The position numbers and the translations under genes were made by a program. The notes beneath the pieces were generated by a model that was given only the letters and a program-made list of their open reading frames with translations, was not told the origin of the DNA and made no database searches. Below, in pieces: positions 1-13,681 of a DNA stretch of 64,000 nt (positions are counted from its first letter, which is position 1; each line of letters begins with the position of its first letter). Source of the DNA: Cystobasidiomycetes sp. EMM_F5 (taxonomy: Eukaryota); the NCBI GenBank assembly GCA_051047955.1, contig JBPGPT010000007.1, forward strand, positions 372,001-436,000, read 5' to 3'.

Positions 1-601
1 ATACAGACGGAGGTCTTTCACAAGTATCATTCGATACTCATGGTCGACTTTAACGCGAAAGGCGAACTCATTGTCGTCGAACGCCCTTACTTTACTATGC
101 TGGGCCAAATGGCGCCCGCTTTCGTGGGAAAAAAGTATGGTCGGTCGTGATTTGGCAGGAAAGTCGAAGTCTTTGCTGTACACTTGTAGCTTGCGATTAG
201 GACTCGAGAAGAACCATGTTGTGACGGGCCTTCACATTCACATGTTGTTGTTGGCTGTAAGGCGGAAACGAAATGGGCGCATAAAACGAGGACAGTAAAT
301 CGAAAGGACAGCAATACCCTGCAGTCGCATTTTTTGGTTTGATAAATTTCGTAAAGAAACCCCATCATCATCAAAAGACTCTGCTCTAGATTCACAAACC
401 CTGTATATGCAAACTTTTGAGGTGTTGGTGGGACAAAGTAAAAGAGATGCGACACGTCCCAACATCGATGGCAAGACTGACGAGCTAAAGGAGGGACTAC
501 AAACGCTTCGACTGACAGCCTTACTCTCGCTGTTGTGACGGACGTGATGCGCACGGGAGGATGGGCGACGGTTGAGGAGGGAATCAGGCAAAGCGGAACG
601 C

Positions 602-2038
602 TTAGCCGGAACCTCCGGAGTATACTTTTCCAAACAGCAATTCCTGCAGCTTGTCGTACATCGAAAGGACACCTTTTGTTTTAATAAAGTCAGCATGCAA
701 GAACGCAAATTGCTCTCGTTGTCTGTCTCACCTGCACCAGCAACACCACGGAGGATGTTGGCACCGGCCTATGGTGACAGAAGTAAATTTAGCGACACTC
801 GCGATACCCTGCCTGCGTCTCGACCTACACCCTTGAAGAGCGACTTGACACCCTCGGCACGGACAATCTGTGCACCAGCGTCCAACATGTTCTTGTAATG
901 GACCTTTTCACCAGAAGTCATCATCATACGACGACGGATAGTGTCGAGTGGGTAAGACGCGATACCGGCACCGGTGGTGACGGACCATCCGAGGAGGAAT
1001 GAAGCGAGGAAAGAACCTTGGAGCGAGCCGGTGAGGACGACGGGCTTGAGCGAGTCGTACATGCCGAAGTAGAGACCACGGTAGACTATGATACCAACTA
1101 CGGATGGGACGAATCCACGGTAGACTAGACGATTCAAGTCACTTAGTATTGCCTGGTCCGGGAAGAATTAGGACAACAACTTACGACCGGCAACACCATC
1201 AGTAGCTAAAGTCTTCTTGTAGACATCCAGGAGACCGTTGAATTGACGTTCACCTCCGCCCTTCTTGGCAGACTTGTTGTCGTTGGCCAGACGGGTACGG
1301 GCATAGTCGAGCGAGTAGACGAAGAGGAGGGAAGAGGCACCGGCCATACCACCGGAAGCAAGGTTACCAAACAACCACCAGCCGTATCCGTCACGCTTCT
1401 GGGTGTAGCCGAACAATGACCTAGACAGTGTACGCGTTAGAAGATGCTGGAGTGCAGCAGGGAGGAACTCACTTGAAGTAGTCCTTGAAGGCAAAGTTGA
1501 GGGCTTGGGTGGGGAAGTATCGGATGACGTTGGCGGTGTTGCCTCTCCAGACTGGTGGATTGAATTGTATGAGCAGTCTGAAAACAGATGTAAAAGCACG
1601 CATTCACTCACAAGAGACCATACCCTCGTCGGCGTACGTCCTGCGGGCGCAGTCTGCGATACCGGCGTAGGGGGTAGCCAGACGACCTGAGACGCGCGAC
1701 AAGACAACTCAGCGCAATGCTTCGCTGGATGCAACAGCCGAGACTAACCAGACTTGATCATCTCTCCCTGGTTCTGTACGAGCAGCTTGATACGCTCAAT
1801 GGGGGCAGCTGCACTATAATCCGGCAAACCCATCAACACCGGTCGCACCACGCACGACGACGACATGCGACTCACGTCTTCGCAACAGCGGCAGACACAC
1901 CACCCATCATGAAATCGGCTGTGGGTCGGATGGTCACTGTCAGTCTGCAAGCCCTCGACCACCAACCACCCCCCAAATTCTGCCAGACGCACTCAGGAAA
2001 CCCTGGGCAGTCTTGCCCTCCTTCTTTACTGCCGCCAT
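602..2038 (-). CDS. AAC: Mitochondrial ADP/ATP carrier (multi-exon)
   Basis: Spliced protein [41 protein letters not shown]...; carrier repeats; RRRMMM signature; ends ...[13 protein letters not shown] (TAA 602-604); GT-AG introns. Confidence 0.97.
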
Positions 2039-2528
2039 CTTGTTGGAATCAAACGAGTGGGCTGTCGCAGGTTGCAGTTATCGAACAACAGTCGCAATGG
2101 GTGGTTTGTCGTTTTTGACGAATAATATTTCAGGCGGAGAAGGCGGGAACGCGATGCGGATTTCGCGTGGACGGTGGATGAATGCACGAGTCAGCTGTAT
2201 ACTCGCCAGGTGTGCCGCCAGAGTTGCTCGCAGTGCTCCCCCAACTCACAGGCTCAACCTTGGACTCGGGTTTGTGGGCAGAGGGTGAAAAAGGGCAGCC
2301 GGCCTTGCGAGTTTTTTAGGAGGGGGAAGAAAAGAGGCCAGGCACGGAATGGACCGCCACCCACGCGGGCAAACTCGGAGCATAGGCAGAATTTGCAGCA
2401 AAGGGCGGGCAGGCAGGGCAGGATAGCAGTACATTGCCGAGATGGCAACACGTCTAGACAACAACAAGGCGAATCATACTCATTACCGACGTCAATTACG
2501 ACTGAGAGATTTGGAAATGCTTCCAAGA

Positions 2529-4961
2529 TTAGGCATGCCGAGCACGCTGAGGAGTGGGCGCACTGATGTACTCATTCTCATCGTCATCCGCAGCAGCCCA
2601 CTCTGTTCCAGCCTTGCGCTTGGTGCCCGCACCGCCAGAATTCGGCTCTACGGGCCGTACCGGTGTAGATCCACCGCCATTCTCGTCGTCCGACGAGAGT
2701 GTAAGGTCGATAAATCCACCTCCCCGTCCAGTCTCGTTGGAGGACGAGACACCCGTTCCGCCGCCGCCGCCGCCGCCGCCAGGTTGTGTCTGTGCCTGGC
2801 GCCGCTGACTCGCAGGGGATGGCAGGCGTTTGTGAGATATCTGTTGAGAACCATTTCGCAGTCCAGCGCCATAGATTCGATCATCTTCATCGTCGTCTTC
2901 GTCGTCATCCAGATCAATGACTTCGGCAGGCGTGTTCCTTCGACCATTTGCCATCCCATTGAGGACCTTGCCGACATCTGGCTTTGTATCTAGGGGGGTT
3001 CCAGCTTCCGAATGATCTCTCGACATGTGACCATTGCCGTACGACGCGATAACATCTGGCACATTGACAGACGCCGCCCGCGCTAAAGCTGCATCACGGA
3101 CCGCTTGTGCAGTGCCGTGCTTGTTGTCTTCGGTACGCCAGCTCCCGTCCGTCTCCACGATGACATGGTCGTACGTGCTTCTGGGCACAGTATCGAGTAT
3201 GTCTTGATAGAAACCATCATGCACCAGATCCCCAGGATCCATGACCTTGTTACAGACAGGACACGACCAAGTCGGTGTCGCCTCCATCATTGTGAAAAAG
3301 TTGCTCGCATCAAAGCATTGGAGATGCACGCAGTGCAGGGATCGGATAGCTGTTTGCATGTCCACATAGAGCAGCGGGTCTTTGAGCGAGATTGTCTCGG
3401 ACGTTGCTACTATATCCGGATCCTCTGCTTGCCGCTTGACTGTGCTCGACCTTCAGTACAAGACAGCTCAAAACACATGCGATACACTCACTATGCTTGA
3501 TAGTCTCCTCTTTCGTTCTTCTCTTGTTTCGCCGGACTTTGTCGACGAGATCGCCAACACTTTTCGACTCGACGAGGTAGACCACCATGTAATGAAACTT
3601 GTCCGTGTTGATGTAATTCAGATCCAAACGGTTGGTTGCGCCCGGTTGCAAGTCCAAGGAATGTTTGCCATTCGCGCTACTGGTGCCCGACCGCAAAAGT
3701 CCAGAACTGACATTGGGTGGAGGTGCCGTTCCTGCCTTTTTCTTGATACCCTTGGTATTTGCATTCAAGGGATGATCGTTCAGATTGGCCTCGCACGCCG
3801 CGGGAAATTCCATCAAAGCAAGACTCTTTGCACTTCCATACGACCCAAACTGACGGCCTGGCTGGTAGTAATCGGCCGATGTACAGTAGAGCCGTAATTG
3901 ATACTGCGGGGAAGAAGACGGCGATGAACGTGAAGTCGACAGTTTCTGTCGCTGATCGTCTGTGAGATGGATATATGCACTCGCCGTCAGGCGGTCTCCG
4001 GGCAGGGCCTTCTGGAGCGTCACGACCAGAGAAACGGCATGAATAATTTCAAAGAAAGGCGAAGGTTTGAAACTGATGGGTATAGCTGCTTGGTTGCCGA
4101 GAGCCCCCTTCTGAGGCATCGTCGGCCAAGACGTAGGGACTTGCTGGTTGAGCGAGTTCACCGAAGTGGATGGCCCAGAGTAGAGAACGGACGACGTTGA
4201 AGCAGTAGCGTTGCCGCCATGTGGCGCGTAGGAGTAGGATGATGAGCCTGTAGATCGTACAGGTTGTGACGCTGGTTGACCGTATTTATATGTATCGTAA
4301 TTACTCTGAGTCGAGCTGGATGGCCACGTGGGTGCTTGGGGTAACCTGGCAGTATGGGGTGGTCCGGCCGTATATACGGTCGATGCCGATGTCGTAGATG
4401 GTTGACGGGAAAGATTGAATTGCGCAGGACGGGATGCGTAGCTTGTTGATCCATTGCTCGCGTACGAAGTATTTGCATTTGCTGCCGGTACGTTCGAATT
4501 CCCCATATACGGCGAGACAGAGGCGTTTGCAGCCGTGTTCGAGCTGGTCGGCGCACTCGCCGATGCCGCTGAGTAGGAGTAACCTCTAGCATAGCATTCT
4601 CAGCTCGTGCAGGACTTGTACGATTCCGCATCTGAACTCACTGCGCCTCTCCAATCATCTTTGCAACACTAAAGTATTCGTCCGACCTTCTGGTGCGCAA
4701 CAACTTGACCGCATCGATGACTCTTTGCAACAGCTCGCTTTTCGAGCCAGATATTTTCAGGTGCCCAGTGATACTTTGGACATTGCGGTTCGCGTTGATG
4801 CCGCGTATCATCAATTTGAGTCTGTCTACGGTAACTCTGTGACCGGAAGTTCGAAGTCCTTCTGCCAGTGTCTATGAATGGTCTCAAGTCAGCGTGGCTC
4901 AGTAGACCAAAAATACGATGCGCACATCACATTCCTCGAACGTAGGATACTCTGCCGCCAT
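2529..4961 (-). CDS. SIZ1: Siz/PIAS-family SUMO E3 ligase (SAP-like, PINIT, SP-RING, C-terminal SIMs); start may lie further upstream at 5957
   Basis: SP-RING ...IRSLHCVHLQCFDA...WSCPVC; PINIT-like FKPSPFF...QLRLYC...KGIKKKAGTAPP; SIM-like EVIDLDDDE and FIDLTLSSDDE. Confidence 0.9.
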
Positions 4962-7070
4962 CTTGAGCGGTGTATATGCAGAGAGATGCCCTAGCTTGGC
5001 CTTTGCAGCCAGATCTTGCTCTGAAGTGGTGATGTGTATCCTCCACTCGAGTTGAAAGTCTGCCCAAGTACAGGTGGGATACTCGTAGTACGCTGGAAGT
5101 CTAGGACCTGCCGAGTATGTCTGGCTGGGCTGGGGTGGCTGGTGACTATAAGATGAAGTATTGGCTGAAGGAGGGAGGTTGGGCGACAGACGCCCACGAC
5201 GAGCGTTCGGGAGATAGGATGATTGACTTTGTCGACTGGATGAATTTGAGGATATAAAGGGTAGGGTAGACTGTTTGTGTCCAGGATGCGCTGCAGCGAG
5301 GGGTGACTGTCGTGAGACTGCTGCTGAAGCAGTGTGCGGAGCGAAATCGGACGGTCGCACTTGGGCTTTAGCGCGAGGGAAAGATGCTGACCTTGAGGGC
5401 AAGTCAAATGCAGTCCTACAGACTGGGGCGATGCTGCTGTAGTCTTGCGAGCGGATGTCCAGCTGGGGCTGGGTCCAAGAAGTCGGACCGGCGGAAGGAA
5501 TCTGGCTGTCCAGACGGTCGAAGCTATCCGGAAGCGGGTAGGAGTAAGGTATATGCAGAGTCTGAGGCTGCCGAGTACCTCCTTCTGGCTGCAGGTTTGG
5601 CTGAAAGTGGTGATAATTGGATGGTTCAAACGAGGACGGACTGGACGATGGGAACGGCGGGTGGAGCAGAACTGGTGTCAGAGGGATGGAACGATACTGT
5701 AAGGTTGTATCAGCTGATATATGTGTGCTGCTCGAGCTGCCTGCTGTGCTGATATCGTTCCCAGCTGTCCGCCGATTAATCGATTCAGGCTGCTCGTCCT
5801 GACCCGACTGCCCTTGGACTGCCCGACCAGACTCGTCGATGCTGCTGCTGACTACCTCGTCAACCAGCTTCGAAGCGCAAACGCTGGTCTGCGGCGTTGA
5901 AGTTTGTCGAAGTGGAGTGTTCTGACTGCTGACGCCGTGCTGAAGCTGCGTACTCATGCGATGCCAGCGAGACTGACGGGATTCGTTACCATTCTGCTCG
6001 CAAGAGGACTCGCTGAGGCTGAGGCTGACCCATTTGCTGCTCGAGTGGCTCCCCGCAGTGCAATCGCTCGGGATAAGAGAGTCTCGATGGATTCTATGGC
6101 TCGAGACTGTGGTGAATCCTCTTGTGTTGAAATGCAGGTCGAATGCAAGACGGGGTGTGCTCCATTCTTTTGCGTGAGACGCCCCATTGGCTTTCTTGCG
6201 TCCATGGGGAGCTTGCAACAGTACCGGCTGCATGTCGTCGATAGCGGAGATACTGCCGCAACACAATAGATGACTACTGAAACAGCCTTCATCTTACTGA
6301 CGCACTGTACCACATTGCCCACCCAATTTGGCCTACATCCGACTCGCGAAATTGTGGGCGCCACGGCGAACATAGCCTGGCCGCTCGCCTTTGAATCACG
6401 GCGATGTAGCAAAACCACATGGCCTACTTCCACCATACAGCGATAGGCGATGCTGCCAACGCTGAAACTCTAAAGTTCCTGCCTCAGTCGCGAAGTGCCC
6501 GATTGCCATACTCCCGCCTAGCCTCCGCTGGTATGTAGGCAGCCTGCCCTGCTGCACTACCGCGCCTAAATCTAGCTCCGTCTGACCTTGCCTAGATGCA
6601 ACCGATTGTTGTGCGAGCTCGACCTTCACGATTCAGCCATGATACTGTCATTCTCGGACAAACCTCGCTACCACCTGTCATTCGTGTCAGAAGCCCGCAA
6701 ACGGGCTGCTTCAGTATTCATTCATTATACCCACCTCTGACATAGCGAGCTATGCTTCAAATACAGCTATATCTCTTGCAGTGAGTCACCTAACATCGTA
6801 TACCCCGGACAACACATTCTGCAGCAGACACTGTATACATGCTCGGCTTATCTGCAAATTGCGTGAATATGCACTAGCACAGAGATGCATATACATCAAG
6901 CTGGGCTTTTGGCCAATGCGGACAGAAGCAACCCTCCCGAGTGCGGCGCCATGCCGTGCGCAACAAAGGCGTCTCTCCGGAGCTATTGAGCGTACCAACA
7001 CTCTTACCCACCTCAGAACGGCTGAACAAGGTGTAACGCGTGGCTCACCGTACTTCACCCCTCTTTAGGG

Positions 7071-9036
7071 ATGGGCTGCTGCTCGAGTTCACAACCATAC
7101 TATGAAGAACCGCCCGAGCCGGCGCAGGCACCACCGTCTCCAACCTGGAAGCTGCCAGCCTACCCGGCCCCAGCGCTCCCACCTCTTACACGCCAGAACA
7201 AAGTCATCATTGCTGCATCGCGGGTATTGGAGGATCCCGTAGAGCTGGATAAGCTGAAACGCCATGTATTGAATGGTCAAGGGGAAGCCTTGTCCATTGT
7301 TTTCGGTAAGTCTGACTACGATGCCGTTGCAAATATCAGGACTGATTGGGATATGTCCCGTCGATCCGCAGATGATTATGAGCAGAATGACCTATTCGTA
7401 CCGGAAGTCAAGAAGCTATTCAACATTGCGTTAACAATCACCAGCATTGAACTTCATACCGCAAATTTGGACATGGAGGTCGAGTTTTTGCAGTCCTTTC
7501 TCGACACTTTGCCTTCACACGGGGAGCTTCGTGCATTCTCGCTTGTTACTGCTCGCGATTGTCCCCTCGTCTTCTCGTCCATATCAGGATTACTTTACAG
7601 AAACCCAAACCTGCAGGTAGGTTTCAAGCTGTGGGGGACGCCTAGCTCCTGGGTAACGCTGGACTGAAACCTGTTGCAGGCTTTACGTCTTTGGGGCGTC
7701 GATCTGACCCCAGCTGGATCTGGCAACTCGTTCTATCCAGCATGCAAGCTCGTTCGGGTCGATCTGTGTTGCTGCAAAATGCTGCCTCAGCAGTTAGATA
7801 CATTGCTCGGCGCAAGCAAAGACAGCTTGCTGTGCTACAAGCTGGACAAGCCAAAGGGGTTGTCAGGCAGCCACATTGCAAGATCCGTCAATACATACGG
7901 CAAGAATGTGCAGATGCTGACCATCATCTTACCCGACATGAGCGAAAGTGAGCTAGATCAAGTCGGTGAGCAACATTCGTACTTGCTTCACATTGTTACA
8001 GTCTGACTTCAGGACTCGCCGCAAAGCGTCATTTTTGGTTGGAGATACAGCTTCTCGATTCCCGACTTCCCTGAAGTACCTTCATCTGGGCGGCCTCGCT
8101 GCATCCGATAATTTGTTCAATGTGACACCCAGTCAAGCGACAGGCGGAAAGCCTGGAGATCCTCCCAAGACTCACCTCAGTCAGCTTGTTGCGCTGCGAC
8201 TCGATCAGTGTACAAGATTGACTGTCAATGGATTGTTTGGGGCAATTCGCCAGCGCAATCTACCTAGCTTGCTAAGACTTCATGTATACTGGCTTGAGAA
8301 TGAAGTAAGTGCGATTTGCGTCAGTAGAAGCTGCCCGCTAAAGTGACGTTCGACAACTTCATACTGGGCAGGAGGCCTTCAGTAAGCTGCATTACACCCT
8401 GCCCTGAGCGTTAGTTTCGGCTGACTGAGCGAGCATTTAGATGATCTCGAGCTATGGAAGAATTTCGCAGCGAGCGAAGACATTCAAGTTGATGTGCAGA
8501 CTGAGGGCTTGATACATATAACGGCGATGAAGGATACCACGATTCGCGCAGCTCGTGCGGTTGCAGATGGGGTGACCGAAGGTACTTCACCCCAAGCGCA
8601 GAGTGCACAAAATGTACAGGTCCCGCAGCCTATCCAGTTGGTCACTGGAAGCGTACCATACGTCACTCAGCTGCCAGGCGCATCACATCCTGCATTGCTG
8701 GGCAGTGTGATGCCAGGAGGCACACCACCGATGACGCAGGTGCAGCCAGCACACATTTCGAGCGCGAATCAGCAGTACCTTTATCCTCCAACGGCCGGCA
8801 CGGGTGCTCACAGCAAGCGATCTAGTCGCGCGAGTTCCAGAAAGGCTTCTCGCTCGAGACGCAACAGAGATAGCGATTCAGGAACGTCAGATTCGTCGAC
8901 AGACTCAGAAAGTGACAGTGACAGCGATGTTGACGATCATCGTTATCGGCGTGCTGGAGGCCGGAGTCCGACTCCCTCGTCAAGAAGTAAAAGAAGTGGG
9001 CATTCCAACCGTTCGCATGGCAGAGCACGCCGATAG
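7071..9036 (+). CDS. Hypothetical RNI/LRR-like protein with N-terminal MGCCSS acylation motif and Arg/Ser-rich tail
   Basis: Successive exon ORFs (7071, 7674, 7966, 8494) joined by GT-AG introns; LxxLxL repeats (LKYLHL, LVALRL, LLRLHV). Confidence 0.65.
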
Positions 9037-9289
9037 CAAGGCCAGCTCTGTTGTTAATTCCGCCATAGCTAGCTCAAACGTATAGTAGCTGGATTTAGCG
9101 CGAGTATATCGAGTCCGTCAAGTCTTTTACAGATAATGCAGCACAACCTAGAAAGTAAGGCAAAATGGGGATACAGGAAGAAGCTACGGCAATATGAGCT
9201 TAGTCTTGACGGACAAAGAATACACACTCACTGACTCAATCACACGACATATGATAAAGATATAGGATTCAGAAGCAGGCATGAAGTGC

Positions 9290-10612
9290 TCAGCATGCGC
9301 ATGCGTCCTGCTTCTGGCCAGGTCCGCTGGTCAAATCGACGCGCGTAGCTTGGTCCGCCTGGGTACGAGCAGCAGCAGCACGTCCACCTTGCGCATTTCT
9401 TGAATTAGCTTGTAATGCCTCTGTCGGAATGGCTTTGGCTGGTTGAGAGCAATACTGCTATGAGCTAGGTGTCGATGGCATACGGCACGATTGACGCACC
9501 AATCTCTGTAAAGATCTCCACTACTCCCTCTCCAGTCTTTGCAGAAGTCTCAGAGAAGAGCAGGCCGGCTTCTGTAGCGTAGGCTTGCGCTTCTTCTCGA
9601 CTGACCTGCCGCTTGCTGGCAGCTGTCACCTTCTTGACTTTCTTTGCACTGTTTCCATCGTCATCGTCGTCAGCGGGTGTGGCCGTCGCATCGTCTTCTT
9701 CGTCGTCCTCGTCATCCTCAGAGGCCGGAGCATCTCCTTGCACCAAGTCGAGCTTGTTGCCGACAAAGGCAATGACGATGTTTGCATTTGCTTGACGTTG
9801 CAGCTCCTTCACCCAGCTCTTGGCCTTCTCCAGCGATGCCTATATTTGTAAGCGTACTCAATCAGCATGCTATTCTCCCTTCCGCCTTGTTACGCCCTCA
9901 CAGCTTTTGTGACATCGTACACGACGATGGCCGCAGCGGCATTACGATAGTACATCGGAGCCAAGCTGCAGGCGCAAGTCAGCATTGTGCGTCCTAAGCT
10001 TCTATTATATCCGACCTGTGGAATCGCTCTTGGCCGGCGGTATCCCAGATCTCAAACTTGATAATCTTGTCGTCCAGTCTGCATCTTTGGGTCAAGAATG
10101 CGGCGCCAACTGAATGAGTAAATAGTCAGAACGCTGTGACCATCCAGTGCGTACTTAGCCTACTTGTTGGCTAGAGACGTATGGACCGTGACCGACGGGA
10201 CGCTATCGCTCAGCGGGCGTGCCGGCGTTCCGACAGCTATACGGCCTCACCTCCTTGTGCTCGGTGAACTCATTCTGAACGAATCGCAATACGACGCTGC
10301 TCTTGCCCACTGCGCTCTGATGGGTGCGGTGTCAATGATCGCAGCGACGCCAGCCAGGTTGACGCAAGTCAGGATATGGAGGATTGGAGTCAGCCAGCTG
10401 CGCGCACTCGTTATTCTACGCTATCATGACTGCTCACCTCGCCTGGATATCGCATCCAAAGGGCATCGAAGAGGTCGGGTCAGCCTGCGCCCAGCTGAGC
10501 TTTCGAGCTGGGGGCTTGACTTGGCCCACTCACCGAGAAGGACGAGCTTGACCTGGACTGGCCGCTGCGGTGCTCCCGATGCCGCTGAGTTGGCTGCTGC
10601 GTCGTCGGCCAT
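9290..10612 (-). CDS. Rab5-family GTPase (Vps21/Ypt5-like)
   Basis: [44 protein letters not shown] motifs; C-terminal CAC* prenylation motif; 5-nt and 7-nt micro-exons. Confidence 0.95.
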
Positions 10613-11031
10613 GCTGGGTGTTGGTGTGCTGGCAGCTGGTCCGGAATGTGGTCCAAGATGAAAGCGCGTTAACGAGGCGGCAATGTCAAATGATTATTAA
10701 ATGCTTCATTGATGTGCTAATGGACTACTAATGCACCCTAAAGAACGTCTCAAAACTGCCTTCTACCCCGTTTGACTTTCGTTCGTCATTGCAGGTCATG
10801 AAGTGACGCAGCTGCTTCCCGTCAAGCTATGCTCACGCTCTTGCCTTCCTCTATCACAGGCGACTCCTGTCCCCGAAATGCGAGCATATAACCCGTGCTC
10901 GAAGTAGGCGAGAGTATATCGACAATTTCGGCAACCTCTTGGCTTCCTTTGGGTGTAGGTGTTTCAATATCCTTACTGCCGTCGTCATCTCTCGCATGTC
11001 GGTGCAAGAAGGCGATCTAAGATTATGACTT

Positions 11032-13260
11032 TCAGCAGTCATTCACCTCACCGCGGCGTCCGAAAGACTGGCTTACAAAGTCAACCAGCAATACAGATAA
11101 GGCTGCCAGAAAGATGATGGGAAGCAGCCAGATCGAACCTGCCACAGCATATATGGGCGCTACTCCTGTCACAAAACCACCGTGATCCGGATCTTCCAAG
11201 TCACTGAGCTGAGACGGCGAGTAGAAAGATCCTATGTCAAGCAGTGTGAGCAGAAGAAGAATTGTCCCGATTATGAGACGCGTCCACATTTCAGGTGTGC
11301 TCCATGTGTTCCGCTCGGATTGGCTTGCTTTGCTCTTGGATTTTCTTTGCAGTACGAGCAGTCCTGCGAGGCATACCAAGTACCCGCCGAGAACCGTGAG
11401 TCCGTACATTACGCTAACGTATACCGGTCGGATGAGTTCGGCCGCATACTGCGATATGATATCCGCGATATCCTGGTGCTGACTAGCGGTCGCAAAGGCA
11501 GCTTCGATGAGCTCATACGTTTTCTCCTGTGATGTGACACGCATCGCAACATGTCAGATTGCTTCCGCATATGTACTAATCACTGATTTTGACCGCGCAC
11601 GTCGGGAGCGAAACCATACGCCGTAAACATTGCAGCCAGAGCTGAGAAGAATTCGCCTTCAATGATGTTTTGCAAGACTGCCGTATTTCCATTACATAAT
11701 GTGAGCGAGTTCTTGACCCTAGCCAGCCAATCCAGCTGAAAGCCAGTTGTGATGATTTGCATCTGTTGAGCAGAAGGGCTGACGAGCAGGACTTCTGCCA
11801 TTGCCGTAAGATTACTTTGTTGAGCGCCAGAAAGCTGGTCTACCGCGTTCGACACGTTATCAAAGCCCTCCACTAGAGCATCCAGCGTGAGATCTACATT
11901 CATAGCCTCCAAAGCCCGAATAATACCTGAAAATTAAAGATTATCATCATTAGCTGAGTGTCTCGCGGCGGTCGCAAAGACGGCTGACATTGTGTGAGGA
12001 GTAGTAGGCTCAAATGTAATGGGAAGTGTATAGAGCACCATGCGCCTTGCACCCACGGTCTATCGCGAAGCTTGTGCGAGACTCGTCCAAAGTACAGCTG
12101 GTATAGCAGGCAATACAAGCCGACAGCGCAAAATATCAGGCCAGCTGTTGTCGACGCATGTGTTGGACTGAACTGGACTTTGAGTCCAGCCAACACTTTT
12201 CTGAAGGTCCCAAACCCTCCAATGATGCCTTCATGTATTCGAAAGGCAAGCCACACAAATCAGTCTTACGTCCTCGTTTACATTATGGTTGCATACACAC
12301 CTTCGCCTAGCACAATCAGCGTGAGGGCGCTGAGCCGCTCGCCAAAGTAAGCCAGATCGACTGCTAAAGCATGCTGAGAAGAGATGGTATAGAAACAGCT
12401 ACCAAATTCGAGAGCCAATCCCGACGACCATAGAGTGAGTCTTGCAATACCCCAACCACGGCCTTCTTGGAACGTAAGGCCAGCAGCGACAAACCAGACG
12501 ACCGTAGAAAGCAGGAGCGCAGCGACAGTTGACAGGATGGGCGATAGTGACAGCTTGTGCTTCCTAGCGTAGTACAGAACGATGGCATACTGACCAAGCA
12601 GAACTATGCGAGATGTCGCAAATACGATACTCGCAGTGAAAAAGGATCGCAATATAGCTTGCGGACTGGACGAGGTTTGTTGTTGGTGAAGCACGTAGTG
12701 CGGAGTTTGCCAGTCTGTCACCGACGTCACGTCGCTAGCATTCGCATCAAAGCCTCGGGAGACATCAAAGTCACCAGAAATGGCAGCGTACGCCCCAAAG
12801 ACGCAGAGCTGAGCGTAGCCGACGAGCCATACAAGTCCGTCCTTTGTGCCATATCGAACATCGTGGAGCGACTGGCTTGCCCAGATCGCCCAGAGCGTTG
12901 CAAAGAAGAGGATGAACGATCCGATCTGGCCGCCTTTCGATAGATCTGCTTCACCGGTATATGTACTGAGTGCGGCGACTGAGCATCAATTTGTGTCAGT
13001 TTGGCAAAGGGTAGCACATGGAGAATTGGACGAACCCAGAAACAAATCATACAGTAGCTCGTGCGACCCGACTTTGCGGTGATGTTGGCTGGACGAGGAT
13101 TTGTCGTTGTTCAGTCTGGCGAAAGGGTCTGCTATGAAAGGCACAGATCCTTGGTTTCGAAAGTATCTTGCGATCTGCGTTGCGTACTTTCGCAGTCTCC
13201 CGCCTTTTCGCAAGACCCTGTGTGTGTTGCATTGAGCGTTAGTACGCTATCCAGCAGTCA
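11032..13260 (-). CDS. LtrA-like (low temperature requirement A) multi-pass membrane protein; both ends uncertain
   Basis: ELLYDLFLVA (across an intron) and ERLSALTLIVLGEG motifs, many hydrophobic segments over several exons. Confidence 0.65.
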
Positions 13261-13681
13261 TAAAGTGTGCCGTTTCCCCACATTCTGGCCGTCTTCACCT
13301 GCCAGGCCGCATATTCAGCATAGATTGGACACTCGTCAGCAATACAACCAGCGCATCGTCAGTCGCCATAGCCTCCAGGCTGTGCACGCTGTCAGTCATC
13401 TCTTTCTCGTATCTGCTTCCCTCGTTAGTCAGTGCTGTGCATCCCAAATTGAGCAGGTGGCTTGCGCACTCCGTCCAAGCGCGTTAGTGGGCCATTGCAA
13501 GCCGTATACGTAGCTCAGCGTACTTCTGCATTATCGTAACCAATCTACGAGCTCTGCCATTGTCTGAACGCAAATGTTGATTTGGTTTAGAAACTTGCTC
13601 GACCAGGTTGGATCATTACAAACTGATTGCACTGCGGCCTGATAGCTGATTGGCAGCTGGAGCAGCCTCAGAGTACTCATC

